A DNA stretch of 64,000 nt from IMG/VR virus record IMGVR_UViG_3300009419_001390; one strand, given 5' to 3'. The DNA comes from a virus. Lineage: Duplodnaviria > Heunggongvirae > Uroviricota > Caudoviricetes. How positions within the stretch are numbered: position 1 is the first letter of the stretch; each line of letters begins with the position of its first letter. A program made the position numbers and the translations under genes. The notes under the pieces were generated by a model that worked only from the letters and a program-made list of their open reading frames with translations, ran no database searches and had not been told where the DNA came from. Positions 36,449 to 47,148 of this stretch are shown here, in pieces.

Positions 36449-36659
36449 TCCCACTGTTAATATTCTAGGGTTCAACGATAAAATCAGATTAATGAACCAA
36501 ACACGTGCGCCAGAACTGCGTATGACCTCGATTGAGGCAAACAATCTACAAGCTGATATCACTGCCATGCTGGCAGAAATTGCACGACTTAGTGTTCTCA
36601 ACAATCAACAGAACGAACAAATTGTACAAATTTCCATTGATGGTGGAGGATTCCAATAA
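36438..36659 (+). CDS. hypothetical protein
   Basis: 73-aa coupled ORF. Confidence 0.6.
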   Translation: MDYNPTVNILGFNDKIRLMNQTRAPELRMTSIEANNLQADITAMLAEIARLSVLNNQQNEQIVQISIDGGGFQ

Positions 36660-36676
36660 TATGCCCAGATTAATGC

Positions 36677-36683
36677 ATAAATA
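36677..36683 (+). promoter_or_regulatory. late promoter core (ATAAATA)
   Basis: Intergenic, upstream of GAGGA and ATG 36705. Confidence 0.55.
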
Positions 36684-36704
36684 AATGTAGAGGAAATTTC
36701 AATA

Positions 36705-36992
36705 ATGAGTAGACCCAAGCCAGTAGTGCTTCTTGAGCACGTGAATAAAAACACCTTCAAGAGCGACCAAGTCCTTAACAGCGAAGGAATATGGGCAGTG
36801 TTCTACGACTCAAAACCCATTAACCTAAAAAATCAAAGTATGTTGGTAGCTTACCCAGGTCCCAAATACAAAAAGGTTAGTTTCAGTAATCCTGGCCATG
36901 CCATTAACTTGGCCAAGAAGCTCAATAGTCTTTTCAAGACTGATAAATTTAGTGTGGTAATTCTGACACAAGGTGACAAAATCTATCCGTAA
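36705..36992 (+). CDS. conserved hypothetical phage protein
   Basis: MSRPKP.VLLE, PKYKKVSFSNPGHA.NLAKKLN. Confidence 0.75.
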   Translation: MSRPKPVVLLEHVNKNTFKSDQVLNSEGIWAVFYDSKPINLKNQSMLVAYPGPKYKKVSFSNPGHAINLAKKLNSLFKTDKFSVVILTQGDKIYP

Positions 36993-37326
36993 GCCAGGAC
37001 GGCAACGACAATGGGAACAACAGTTGTTTCCAGAGGCAATCCACCTTCCAGAAGATATTTGGCGCAATATTCTAAATCCCAATAGTCTACGACTCACAGT
37101 CAGCGCACACAAAAAACTTTTACAAAACAAAGATGTAAAGTTTTATCATTTCAAAATACAAGAAATGACCAACCTACAGTTACTACAGTTGGATCATTTG
37201 TTAACATCTCCGTATTATATTCGCAGTCGGCATGCAATTGAACTCATGGGCGAACAGGATGCCATGATGCTTAGTTTGCACGGAAATAACCTTAAACAAT
37301 ATTTGGAAAATCTAAATAACAGTTGA
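36973..37326 (+). CDS. hypothetical protein
   Basis: 117-aa ORF; start uncertain. Confidence 0.6.
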   Translation: MTKSIRKPGRQRQWEQQLFPEAIHLPEDIWRNILNPNSLRLTVSAHKKLLQNKDVKFYHFKIQEMTNLQLLQLDHLLTSPYYIRSRHAIELMGEQDAMMLSLHGNNLKQYLENLNNS

Positions 37327-37351
37327 CACTATTTCAACTTTGTGTTAAACT
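37323..37351 (+). promoter_or_regulatory. sigma70-type promoter
   Basis: TTGACA-17-TAAACT with TG extension. Confidence 0.7.
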
Positions 37352-37374
37352 ATCACTATCTAAGGAGAGTTTAC

Positions 37375-37869
37375 ATGAAAATTGGTTTCAGCTTTGGTCG
37401 GTGTCTTGGTAGCATTGTGCGTGGTGAAGTTGCCTTTGACGATGTGCTATGTCTTATTGCGCGAACACACATGGCATCCGAAGAACATGTGAAATGGGTG
37501 GTTAACGAATACATGCACCGTCGTGGATATTTGTTGGGTCTGGATCAAAAGGAATGTGAACGTGTGGGGCTAGAGTTGTTCAACTCAGGCAAGATCCTGG
37601 AACCTCGTGCCAACGGCATCAGCCCCATGCAGGTGCCGCGTGATTACATCTGGATGGATCTGTTTCCTACTGCACCACATGGTACAGTAAATGAATCTGT
37701 TACTGCGGCGTGGGAACAGTATCGCATGTTGATCACCATGGTTGAGCAACTGCCTGAGGAAGGCTATGTTCCGCAACACAGCGAAAAGATCATTGAAAAA
37801 GAACTCACCGAAGAAGAAAAAGCTGAAGAGAAAAAAGCATTGGATATGTTAATCAAAGCCATGGTATAG
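37375..37869 (+). CDS. hypothetical protein
   Basis: AAGGAG RBS before ATG 37375. Confidence 0.7.
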   Translation: MKIGFSFGRCLGSIVRGEVAFDDVLCLIARTHMASEEHVKWVVNEYMHRRGYLLGLDQKECERVGLELFNSGKILEPRANGISPMQVPRDYIWMDLFPTAPHGTVNESVTAAWEQYRMLITMVEQLPEEGYVPQHSEKIIEKELTEEEKAEEKKALDMLIKAMV

Positions 37870-37877
37870 GAGGTAGT

Positions 37878-38039
37878 ATGACCTTTAGACATTGGTTGCA
37901 GGAAATGTGGATGCAACACAAAGATGAACTTGAACTGTTTAGTCAACAGCGTGACTACGAAATAAAAGATTATTTCAACAGATACAAGTATTGGCTCCGA
38001 CGTGAATACAGGCATCAACATGGCAAAGAAAAAACATAA
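37878..38039 (+). CDS. small hypothetical protein (53 aa, MTFRHWLQEMW...; not in ORF track)
   Basis: AGGAGG RBS; open to TAA at 38037-38039. Confidence 0.7.
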   Translation: MTFRHWLQEMWMQHKDELELFSQQRDYEIKDYFNRYKYWLRREYRHQHGKEKT

Positions 38040-38409
38040 CGTATTTTTACTCAGTTGGGACATGACTGGCTTGGAAACTGTGCTGGACCTAACTACCCTG
38101 GAACGACTACGTAATGAAGAAGAAAAAATCCGCATGATGCAGATACTTTCTGATCCAGAAGCTCGCGACCCTGGAGATCAAACAGGTGCGGCTCTAAATC
38201 GTGCAGTACAAGGTATTTTACTTCGTGCTAGGGTCAACAGTCAGCGTCACTATGAAGTGTATACTATACAAACAGATGCAAGCGTAAGCGAACGTGACAT
38301 GTGGGAATTGTTCAACAGCGATCCCCAACATGCCGCAGAACTGATCCGCGAACGAGGTAATCAACTTTACAGCGATCGCATTCAACAACGAACACAATTG
38401 ATTTACTAA
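38020..38409 (+). CDS. hypothetical protein
   Basis: FLLSWDMTGLE...RARVNSQRHYEVY. Confidence 0.7.
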   Translation: MAKKKHNVFLLSWDMTGLETVLDLTTLERLRNEEEKIRMMQILSDPEARDPGDQTGAALNRAVQGILLRARVNSQRHYEVYTIQTDASVSERDMWELFNSDPQHAAELIRERGNQLYSDRIQQRTQLIY

Positions 38410-38410
38410 C

Positions 38411-38836
38411 ATGGACTTATCTCGATTAAAACGTTTTGACAAAGCAAAACACGAACAACTGCAAGGCTTACTAGAATGGTGCCAACTCATGGGTTTGACT
38501 GGCAAGGATCTAGTGAGTCTGGGCGGCCACATTGATCGTTCGCAAGCGGCCGCTGAAGCCAAAAGAAATCGATCGCTTGCTGATACTATCAAATTTGATG
38601 TAGTTGGTTCAGATACAGAAATGAGCTCTAGATGGAGTTTCAAAACTGCTGAAGGCGTTCGCTATACGTTTGAAAACGCATCCTGGAAACGAGTCAATGT
38701 AACCAGCAACAAAACCAAAGTTCGCAAGGTATTCCATATGGAACATTACGATCTTGGTAGGATCAGTTGGACACGGCGTGACCGCTTGCAATGTGCATTG
38801 AACATCATCAACGGCAACATTGTGTTGAATTTCTAA
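38411..38836 (+). CDS. hypothetical protein
   Basis: 141-aa ORF. Confidence 0.65.
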   Translation: MDLSRLKRFDKAKHEQLQGLLEWCQLMGLTGKDLVSLGGHIDRSQAAAEAKRNRSLADTIKFDVVGSDTEMSSRWSFKTAEGVRYTFENASWKRVNVTSNKTKVRKVFHMEHYDLGRISWTRRDRLQCALNIINGNIVLNF

Positions 38837-38856
38837 TTTACACATGCCCGGCACTG

Positions 38857-38863
38857 ATAAGTA
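38857..38863 (+). promoter_or_regulatory. late promoter variant (ATAAGTA)
   Basis: Sits 5 nt before the first ATG of the GT/radical SAM operon. Confidence 0.4.
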
Positions 38864-38868
38864 AGTGT

Positions 38869-39180
38869 ATGACACTCAATGCACTGGTGCAAGACATACG
38901 TCAAGCAACCGATTATCAAAGAAACAAACTCAAACTAAAGGAACAGATTCAAACGGATCTGCTCCTTCCTTACGAAAATGGCCTATTCAAAGCCACTCCA
39001 GAATTGATGTGTTTTTTAAGTGCATGGGACGAGGACACTGTGTTTGTTGAAGATACCTACGGAAATCCAATACTTTGTAAAAGGTTGGAACTACTGGCTC
39101 AGTGCAAACAACAGTATTCAATGGTAATGAATAGATGGCATCAACAGCATGAACAACTTCAGCGCCAGCGAAAAATCTAG
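38869..39180 (+). CDS. hypothetical protein
   Basis: First gene of the 38.9-50.9 kb operon. Confidence 0.65.
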   Translation: MTLNALVQDIRQATDYQRNKLKLKEQIQTDLLLPYENGLFKATPELMCFLSAWDEDTVFVEDTYGNPILCKRLELLAQCKQQYSMVMNRWHQQHEQLQRQRKI

Positions 39181-39922
39181 GGGCATACTTGCACTAGCAA
39201 ACAACACTAGTTCAATTGATTATCAAGGCATAGCCAAAAAAACTCTAGAACTAGCAAGCCATCATCTGGATATTCCCTGTCAGGTTGTGTCCACACCCAC
39301 ACCCAAACACTGGCTTAATCATCGCAATGATACTGATACACAACAACGTGTGGAATGGTTGAATCACAACAGGTTTCAAGTGTATGATTTGTCACCCTGG
39401 GATGAGACCATAGTAATTGATGCAGACTACTTGGTCACAACAAACAAACTGAATTTGTTGTTTGCTAGCCAGAGCGATCTGGTGTTCTGTCATCACAATC
39501 ACATGTTGCATGACCAATCCTTTCACACCCGCGGGCTACAACCAATCTGGGCCACAGTGTTTTTCTTTCGCAAAGGGCCACGAGCACAGCACTTTTTTGA
39601 TCTTGTGGGTCGCATACAAAAGAACTACAGCTACTATCGACAGATATTTGGCATACTACAATCTAACTTTCGCAATGACATGGCATTTGCCATGGCTGAG
39701 AAAATACTGTATGGATATGCGTTACCGCAACAAACAAGAATGCCATGGGGTATAACCACAGTGGATGCACCTGTACAGTCCATTGATATCAATCAAGACT
39801 GGATGGTGGTGCGCACAGAACATGGTGCAGACATCTTGCCCAGACAGGATCTGCATGTACAAAGCAAGGCCTGGTTGCAGAGCACCAGCTTTGATCAATT
39901 CCTACAACAGGCACGGCAATGA
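39149..39922 (+). CDS. GT8-like glycosyltransferase
   Basis: NRFQVYDLSPWDETIVIDADY (DxD), WATVFFF, FRNDMAFAMA. Confidence 0.7.
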   Translation: MNNFSASEKSRGILALANNTSSIDYQGIAKKTLELASHHLDIPCQVVSTPTPKHWLNHRNDTDTQQRVEWLNHNRFQVYDLSPWDETIVIDADYLVTTNKLNLLFASQSDLVFCHHNHMLHDQSFHTRGLQPIWATVFFFRKGPRAQHFFDLVGRIQKNYSYYRQIFGILQSNFRNDMAFAMAEKILYGYALPQQTRMPWGITTVDAPVQSIDINQDWMVVRTEHGADILPRQDLHVQSKAWLQSTSFDQFLQQARQ

Positions 39923-40767
39923 TTGAAAAAGGCATAGTATGTTTGGCACAAAACAATACCAGCACAGACTATGTGCGGCTGGCCTATTTGCAACGACTTA
40001 GTCTTGCACTGGTAGATCCCGACTTGCCTTATGCACTGATTACAGATCAAGTCAGCTGGGACGCCACAGCGGACCACATACGCAAAGTGTTTGACCATGT
40101 GGTCATACTAGACTTGGATGATGCACAAGATCAAGAATGGAAACAACGCAACAGCTGGCAGTTGGCCAGACTGACTCCGTTTAGAGAAACTATCAAGGTT
40201 GAAGCTGATTTACTGTTTACACGTAGTATTGCGCACTGGTGGAGAGCATTACGTCTTAGAGATGTTGTGATTAGCACAGGCTGTAGAAACTATCTTGGAG
40301 ACGTTTCTGATGTTAGAGCTTATAGAAAAACATTTGATCAAAACGAACTACCTGATGTGTACACTGGACTCATGTACTGGCGCAAAAGTCACACAGCCGT
40401 TGCATTGTTTGAGCATGCAAGACGTGTGTACCAAGATTGGAAATCAGTGAGTGAAAATTTAATAGCCTGTGAAGACCCTGGCAGCAACGACATGGTGTTT
40501 GCAGTTGCCGCAAAGCTGACAGGTGTAGAACTTGTGACTTTACCAGAGTTGAATTTTTTCCAAATGACGCACATGAAGCCAGCTATCAATTATCGAATTC
40601 CTCGCGAGCAATGGATGAAAGAATTGGTTATTGAAACAGTGCCGCCATACATAAGAGTAAGTGCCCAGGATCAACTGCACCCATTTCACTACCATGACAA
40701 ACACTGGGCCACAGATTTATTACTGGAGAAATATGAACATGCCTACCGAATTCGAAAAAGCCATTGA
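39919..40767 (+). CDS. GT8-like glycosyltransferase, paralogue of the preceding gene
   Basis: LTPFRETIKVEADLL, VYTGLMYW, NDMVFAVA, HMKP, HYHDK. Confidence 0.7.
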   Translation: MIEKGIVCLAQNNTSTDYVRLAYLQRLSLALVDPDLPYALITDQVSWDATADHIRKVFDHVVILDLDDAQDQEWKQRNSWQLARLTPFRETIKVEADLLFTRSIAHWWRALRLRDVVISTGCRNYLGDVSDVRAYRKTFDQNELPDVYTGLMYWRKSHTAVALFEHARRVYQDWKSVSENLIACEDPGSNDMVFAVAAKLTGVELVTLPELNFFQMTHMKPAINYRIPREQWMKELVIETVPPYIRVSAQDQLHPFHYHDKHWATDLLLEKYEHAYRIRKSH

Positions 40768-41116
40768 ACTGTTCATGCAAGAGCAGGACAATCTAGCACT
40801 GCACGAAGTTAAAAACAAACGCAGAGCTTACTATAACTCTAGCGGTAAAATAGTTGATATGGTCATGGGTCCACCGTGGTTGGATCTGCCCAATGATTTT
40901 GTTGATATAACTGAAGAACAATGGGATCGCATTGATAGTTTGACCAAAGTAAAAAATGGTGCATTGGTTTTCTTTGACTTACGTGCTAGGTCTGTGCTAC
41001 AATTACAGGAAAGCGACACTGGCGAACATGTGACTGTTAAAGATCACATGAGTTTACATCTGGATCCAAATGAAGAATACGAAAATGTCACAAGGTACAC
41101 AAACAACATTGATTGA
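40733..41116 (+). CDS. hypothetical protein
   Basis: Coupled ORF; start at 40733 or 40739. Confidence 0.6.
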   Translation: MNMPTEFEKAIELFMQEQDNLALHEVKNKRRAYYNSSGKIVDMVMGPPWLDLPNDFVDITEEQWDRIDSLTKVKNGALVFFDLRARSVLQLQESDTGEHVTVKDHMSLHLDPNEEYENVTRYTNNID

Positions 41117-41993
41117 TATTGCAGATTTAGATTGCATATTCTTGACCTATGACGAGCCAAAGAAAGAAGAATTCTGGATACGTATCAAAAACATGGTCCC
41201 ATGGGCCAAGCGTGTGGACGGCGTTAAAGGAAGTGATGCGGCCCACAAGGCTGCTGGCCGTGCCAGTGACACTGATCGTTTTATCATTATTGATGGCGAT
41301 AATATTCCTGATCCTGGTTTTTTCAATCTTCAGTTATCCCTTGATGATACTAATAGGGATTGTGTGTTCCGCTGGAAAGCCCGCAACACAATCAACGGAT
41401 TGATGTATGGCAATGGTGGTCTGAGTTGTTGGACTCAAGATTTTGTTGAGAACATGCGCACACACGAAGCCACAGACGGCACGGCGGCAAATGACGTGGA
41501 ATTTTGTTTTTACCCCAACTACTGGGCCATGCACGATTGTTACTCAACTACCTATCCCAATCAAACACCCCATCAGGCCTGGAGAGCAGGATTTCGTGAA
41601 GGTGTCAAGATGTGCTTGGATCGTGGACAACGTCCTAGCCTTGCTGAATTCAAAGCACGGGTACATGCACGTAACATGGATCATTTGACCATATGGCAAA
41701 GTGTTGGTGCCGACGATGCCAATGGCTTTTGGGCTGTGTATGGAGCTCGCTGTGGCACGTACATGACCATGCTCAATGACTGGGACTACACAAAGGTACA
41801 GGATTTTGACGAGCTACAAAAACTCTGGAACACATATCAACAGCATGACGCAGATGACTGCACTGCTGTAGGAGATGTTCTGCGCAGACAACTAGGGTTG
41901 AACATTGTGGATCTGGACCCAGAGCCTAGTGCATTTTTCAAACATCACTACAAAAGCAATTTTACAAATAAAGGTATAATGACACGTGAGTGA
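41085..41993 (+). CDS. GT-A fold glycosyltransferase-like protein
   Basis: DCIFLTYDEP, FIIIDGDN (DxD), NGLMYGNGG, QAWRAGFREG. Confidence 0.65.
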   Translation: MSQGTQTTLIDIADLDCIFLTYDEPKKEEFWIRIKNMVPWAKRVDGVKGSDAAHKAAGRASDTDRFIIIDGDNIPDPGFFNLQLSLDDTNRDCVFRWKARNTINGLMYGNGGLSCWTQDFVENMRTHEATDGTAANDVEFCFYPNYWAMHDCYSTTYPNQTPHQAWRAGFREGVKMCLDRGQRPSLAEFKARVHARNMDHLTIWQSVGADDANGFWAVYGARCGTYMTMLNDWDYTKVQDFDELQKLWNTYQQHDADDCTAVGDVLRRQLGLNIVDLDPEPSAFFKHHYKSNFTNKGIMTRE

Positions 41994-43347
41994 TTTTATG
42001 CAAGCCGCAGAGGATATGAAGGCCAAACTTGGGCCAGCTCTCTGCTTGGCCAAATGGCAACAAGTTAGTTTGCATTTGGCCACCGGAATGAACAATTCCT
42101 GCTACCATCCACCGTTACACAAAATACCAGCAGAATTATTAAAAGACAACCCAGGTGCATTGCACAACACCCCATACAAAAAACAACAGCGTGTGATCAT
42201 GCTGAAAGATCAACGACCATCAGAGTGCGGCTACTGCTGGTCAGCAGAAGACAACGGACAACTAAGTGACAGACATTATCGTTCTGGTGAGCCGTGGGCC
42301 GCAGAACACCTTAACAGTATTAAAACAAATACAGGAGAAGAAGATGTTATACCTAGTTACGTTGAAGTCAATTTTAATCATGCTTGCAATCTTAAATGCA
42401 GTTATTGTAGTCCACAATTTAGTTCTAGCTGGCAAGCAGAAGTTAATGCCCACGGAGCCTATCCCACTGCTACACCTCATAATAGCCCTGAGCATTTTAC
42501 TGGTAGCCGCCGGCCTATTCCTGCAAGAGATCATAATCCTTATGTTGACGCATTCTGGGATTGGTGGCCTACCTTATATCCAAGATTAAAACATTTTCGT
42601 ATGACTGGCGGAGAACCACTCATGGATCACAATACATATCGTGTGTTTGACTATGTGTTGGCGCTACCGCTTAATGGCCTACACCTGGATGTGACCAGTA
42701 ACTTTAGCGTAGAGCCCAAGCTAATGGACAAATATCTTGGTTATGTGAAACAACTGTGCAACACACAGATAGAACATTTCATGCAGTATGTTAGCCTTGA
42801 CACCGGTATAGCCGCTCAAGCTGAATACATACGCAATGGACTAGACTTTGAACGTTGCCTTGACAATGTAGACAGGTACTTGACAGACATTCCGTATAAG
42901 AATAGCTTAACATTTATCATTACCATGAACAATTTGAATATCACTGGCCTACACGATCTATTGGATTACATACTAGAACTACGTGCTAGACACAGCAAGA
43001 CCTATCAGCGTGTGTGGTTTGATACACCATTGCTACGCACACCTGCCTGGCAAAGCATACAAACCTTGCCAGCAAGTTACAAATACAAACTGGAACAAGT
43101 GATTGGTTTCATGAAAGAAAATCAAATGACGGATGGCTTTGTGGGATTCAAAGACTACGAGATACAGCGTATGGAACGTAATCTAGCATGGATGCACGAA
43201 ACTCCGCCAGCACTGACAACACAACGTGCAGACTTTTATCGTTTCTTTGCAGAGCATGATCGGCGTCGTGGCACAGACTTTTTACAAACATTTCCAGAGA
43301 TGACGGAATTCTGGCAGGAGTGCAAATATCATGCCGAAACTGAATAA
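41986..43347 (+). CDS. radical SAM protein 1 with N-terminal Cys-rich twitch/SPASM-like domain
   Basis: CNLKCSYC, MTGGEPL; N-terminal CLAKW...SCYH...CGYCW. Confidence 0.9.
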   Translation: MSDFMQAAEDMKAKLGPALCLAKWQQVSLHLATGMNNSCYHPPLHKIPAELLKDNPGALHNTPYKKQQRVIMLKDQRPSECGYCWSAEDNGQLSDRHYRSGEPWAAEHLNSIKTNTGEEDVIPSYVEVNFNHACNLKCSYCSPQFSSSWQAEVNAHGAYPTATPHNSPEHFTGSRRPIPARDHNPYVDAFWDWWPTLYPRLKHFRMTGGEPLMDHNTYRVFDYVLALPLNGLHLDVTSNFSVEPKLMDKYLGYVKQLCNTQIEHFMQYVSLDTGIAAQAEYIRNGLDFERCLDNVDRYLTDIPYKNSLTFIITMNNLNITGLHDLLDYILELRARHSKTYQRVWFDTPLLRTPAWQSIQTLPASYKYKLEQVIGFMKENQMTDGFVGFKDYEIQRMERNLAWMHETPPALTTQRADFYRFFAEHDRRRGTDFLQTFPEMTEFWQECKYHAETE

Positions 43348-44668
43348 CGAAACAGATTTGGAATACAAACGCAGAGTTATTGACATCAAGTCAGCCAGCT
43401 TCTGCGGAGCCAAATGGTATAATGCTACCATATGGTTAGGTAGCGGACAAACAACCAGTTGTCATCATCCGTTGCCCCACGCTATTGACTTAGATCAAAT
43501 AAGTCAAAATCCTGCCGCATTGCACAACACCACGCAAAAGAAAAAAGAGCGTGAGCAAATGCAACGTGGTGAACGCCCAGCAGGGTGTGACTACTGCTGG
43601 AAGATCGAAGACATGAACACGGATGCTGTATCTGATCGTGTCTATAAAACTGTGATACATTCCGAGGAGGACCTAAATGTTGCATTCGCCCGACCAAGTT
43701 ATACCGACTTCAACCTTCGCACGTTGGAAATTGCTTTTGACAGAACTTGTCAGTTTGCTTGCTCTTATTGTAACCCTGCTTTTAGTAGTACTTGGGTTAA
43801 TGACATACGTAAAAACGGACCCTACATTAACCTGGTATCAGACGGGCGCGGTCATTTTACTCACACTCATGATCATAGTCAACTTTATAAATTCGGTGAG
43901 ACTAATCCGTATGTGGAGGCTTTTTTCAAATGGTGGGAAACTGACCTCCACCGCACCCTTACAGAGCTCCGCATCACAGGAGGAGAGCCACTCATGTCGG
44001 CCCATACCTGGAAACTCATTGACTGGTTCAAACAAAACCAAGGACGCTCAAACACACGTCTAGCTATCAACACCAACCTTGGCCGAGAAGTAGACGTTGA
44101 TCGACTGCTGGCATCTACGCAAGGCATTGAACTAGACATATATACCAGTTGCGAAACAATAACTGCACAGGCAGAATACATACGTGATGGATTAGACTGG
44201 CCGGCCTGGGTTAAAAATATAGAAAAGATTGCCAACAGTGGCATACGTGGATTGCACATGATGTGTACCATCAACGCATTGTGTTTGCCCGGACTACCAG
44301 CGTTCATTACTACCATGATGATGTTCAAGCAAAGTTACGGCAGAGATTTTCCTAGCATGAGCTTTAACATCTTGCGTTTTCCAAGTTTTCAAAGTGCATA
44401 CGTTCTACCACTTGCACTACGCATGGAATATGCACATGCCATTGAACAAATAGTTGAGCAATATCAAAACAATAGTCTCATGCACGAACACGAAATCAAT
44501 CAATTGACACGGTTAATCAACTACTTGCGAGAACCAGTGACTGGACCAGAATTGCCTAGAATGCAAAACGATTTCAAACAATTTTACGCACAATACGATC
44601 AACGCAGAGGAAAGAACTTTATTACCACTTTCCCTGAACTTAAGGAATTCTATGAGCAAATACCCTAG
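43331..44668 (+). CDS. radical SAM protein 2 with N-terminal twitch-like domain
   Basis: CQFACSYC, ITGGEPL; FCGAKW...SCHH...CDYCW. Confidence 0.9.
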   Translation: MPKLNNETDLEYKRRVIDIKSASFCGAKWYNATIWLGSGQTTSCHHPLPHAIDLDQISQNPAALHNTTQKKKEREQMQRGERPAGCDYCWKIEDMNTDAVSDRVYKTVIHSEEDLNVAFARPSYTDFNLRTLEIAFDRTCQFACSYCNPAFSSTWVNDIRKNGPYINLVSDGRGHFTHTHDHSQLYKFGETNPYVEAFFKWWETDLHRTLTELRITGGEPLMSAHTWKLIDWFKQNQGRSNTRLAINTNLGREVDVDRLLASTQGIELDIYTSCETITAQAEYIRDGLDWPAWVKNIEKIANSGIRGLHMMCTINALCLPGLPAFITTMMMFKQSYGRDFPSMSFNILRFPSFQSAYVLPLALRMEYAHAIEQIVEQYQNNSLMHEHEINQLTRLINYLREPVTGPELPRMQNDFKQFYAQYDQRRGKNFITTFPELKEFYEQIP

Positions 44669-45959
44669 AGACTATACCTACAACAGTCGCAAACCCCTTA
44701 ATGCGGACATAGAAAAAATGCCCCAGTGGCATCAAGACCTGTTGCTAACAGATCCGCATTTTTGTATGTTGCCATGGATACACTTGCATGCTTACCCAGA
44801 TGGTCGTGCATATCCTTGTTGTATCACCGATTACAACATGCCAATTGGCGACCTTAAAAAACAAACAATGAAAGAAGTCTGGAACAGCGAAGGCCTTAAA
44901 GAAATACGGCTTAACATGCTAAACGGACAACCCAGCAAAGAATGCAGTCGTTGTTACGAACAAGAACGTGCAGGATTTGTCAGCATGCGCCATAGTATCA
45001 GTCAAAGTTTTGGACACCATGTTGGACTAGTAGACAATACACTGCCTGATGGTACTGTGGAAGATTTCAAGATACGTTACTATGACATTCGCTTCTCCAA
45101 TGTGTGTAACTTTCGTTGCCGCAGTTGTGGCAGTACCTTTAGCAGTAACTGGTACAATGACGAAGTAAAACTGTGGGGCCCCAAAGAGCAACCGCGAATT
45201 ACCTATGCTGGACGTACCGAAGAAGACATGTGGGAACAGATGCAAGAACACATTCCACATCTTGATCGCATATATTTTGCTGGTGGCGAACCACTTATTA
45301 TGGAAGAACATTATCGTTTGTTAAACGAACTGGTAAAAAGAAAAATGTTTCACGTGAGTCTTGTTTACAATTCAAACTTTAGCAAACTGGCCTACAAAGA
45401 TCAAGACGTGCTAGAACTATGGAAACTCTTTGACTCAGTTAGTATTGGTGCCAGTTTAGATGCCAGTTATGAGCGCGGGGAGTACATGCGTAAAGGTACT
45501 GAGTGGGCAGATATTGTAGAGAATCGAAAACGCATGCAAGCTGTATGCCCAAAAGTAGATTTTTATATAAGTCCAACTGTTAGTATTTTTAATGTGTTGC
45601 ACATTGTTGACTTTCATCGAGAGTGGGTTGAACTAGGGCTCATTGATCCACAAGATATCAATATTAATATTTTACAAAAACCAGACTGGTACAGGATTGA
45701 TATTCTACCCCAAGAAATTAAAGATCAAGTTCGGAAAAAAGTTTTAGCACATATTGAATGGTTAAAGCCGTATGACAAACTTAATCGTGCCACATCTGGA
45801 TTCAATGGAATGCTATCTTTCATGGATGCTATGCAACAACAGCATTTGTTACCAGAATTTTTTTCGCAGACTCGTAAATTAGATAGCTTGCGTCAAGAGG
45901 ATTTGTTCAAAACATTTCCTGAACTAGAAGAATCATTTCGCCATGCTGCCAAACCCTAA
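44652..45959 (+). CDS. radical SAM protein 3 with N-terminal twitch-like domain
   Basis: CNFRCRSC, FAGGEPL; FCMLPW...PCC...CSRCY. Confidence 0.9.
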   Translation: MSKYPRDYTYNSRKPLNADIEKMPQWHQDLLLTDPHFCMLPWIHLHAYPDGRAYPCCITDYNMPIGDLKKQTMKEVWNSEGLKEIRLNMLNGQPSKECSRCYEQERAGFVSMRHSISQSFGHHVGLVDNTLPDGTVEDFKIRYYDIRFSNVCNFRCRSCGSTFSSNWYNDEVKLWGPKEQPRITYAGRTEEDMWEQMQEHIPHLDRIYFAGGEPLIMEEHYRLLNELVKRKMFHVSLVYNSNFSKLAYKDQDVLELWKLFDSVSIGASLDASYERGEYMRKGTEWADIVENRKRMQAVCPKVDFYISPTVSIFNVLHIVDFHREWVELGLIDPQDININILQKPDWYRIDILPQEIKDQVRKKVLAHIEWLKPYDKLNRATSGFNGMLSFMDAMQQQHLLPEFFSQTRKLDSLRQEDLFKTFPELEESFRHAAKP

Positions 45960-47148
45960 GATTTGTGTGTTACCTTGGATTTCACTGGAGGCCACGGCCG
46001 CTGGTACCATGCGTACCTGTTGTCTGGCGCTGGACGAAGTAACTCACAACGGGCGTATGTTAACTGTGGCTGATGGCTTGTCCACAGCATACTACAGTGA
46101 CAGTGTACAAAAACTAAGACAAGACTTTCTAGCAGGCGTTCGTCCCAGTGCCTGTCAACGTTGCTGGTCAGAAGAGGATGCTGGTCGTACCAGCAAACGG
46201 CAATGGAACAATCTCAAATTTGACAAACACATCAAAGACATTAACTGGCACAATCCTTCACATGATCAACTGTGGTTTCTTGATCTCAAACTGGGTAATA
46301 TCTGCAATCTCAAATGCCGCATCTGCGGCACATGGTCAAGTAGCAAGTGGGCACAGGAAGAAATGACTTTTCAAAATCCTGCCAATCCCAAAGCTTCACG
46401 TGCATATCAAGAAATAAAACTAGGCGAATGGCCACGCAAGACTGATGAGTTCTGGAAGGACCTGCAGAGCCTGCTGCCAAATGTCAAGTATTTTGAGTTC
46501 ACGGGCGGCGAGCCTTTTTTGATCAAAGAGCATGTTGACCTACTTAAAATTGCTGTGGATCACGGCTATGCCAAAGACATCAGCATACACTACAACACCA
46601 ATGGCACTGTATGGGATCCAGAACTGGTAAAAATTTGGACCCAGTTCAAGCATGTTGAAATTGCATTCAGCGTGGACAATATCGGCAAACGGTTTGAACT
46701 AGAACGTGCTGGTGCTGTATGGAACGAAGTATGTGACAACATCTCTCGTGCAACACAGTTGCGCACCACATCACAAAACATTTCACTACAGGTTTGTATA
46801 ACAGTAAACATACAAAATGTCTTTTACCTTGAAGAAATATGCGAGTGGGCAGATGCACAAGGATTCAACAGCATATACTTCAACATGTTGCATGACCCTG
46901 TGCGCATGAACATTGGTCGCATGACTGCTTTGGCAAAACAACTGGTGTTGGATCACTTGCGTACTGCAAAGTTTCATGCTAGATTTCACAAAGACATTGC
47001 TGGTATCATTGGCTTTATTGAAAACGGTGCAGGCAGTGATGGTCAAGAGTTTTGTGAGTTTATGGCACGTACAGATGCCAATCGCAAAGAACACTTTGCA
47101 CAAACGCATTCAGAAATAGCAAAGGCCATGGGTTATGAACAAGCCTAG
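45943..47148 (+). CDS. radical SAM protein 4 with N-terminal twitch-like domain
   Basis: CNLKCRIC, FTGGEPF; ICVLPW...TCC...CQRCW. Confidence 0.9.
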   Translation: MLPNPKICVLPWISLEATAAGTMRTCCLALDEVTHNGRMLTVADGLSTAYYSDSVQKLRQDFLAGVRPSACQRCWSEEDAGRTSKRQWNNLKFDKHIKDINWHNPSHDQLWFLDLKLGNICNLKCRICGTWSSSKWAQEEMTFQNPANPKASRAYQEIKLGEWPRKTDEFWKDLQSLLPNVKYFEFTGGEPFLIKEHVDLLKIAVDHGYAKDISIHYNTNGTVWDPELVKIWTQFKHVEIAFSVDNIGKRFELERAGAVWNEVCDNISRATQLRTTSQNISLQVCITVNIQNVFYLEEICEWADAQGFNSIYFNMLHDPVRMNIGRMTALAKQLVLDHLRTAKFHARFHKDIAGIIGFIENGAGSDGQEFCEFMARTDANRKEHFAQTHSEIAKAMGYEQA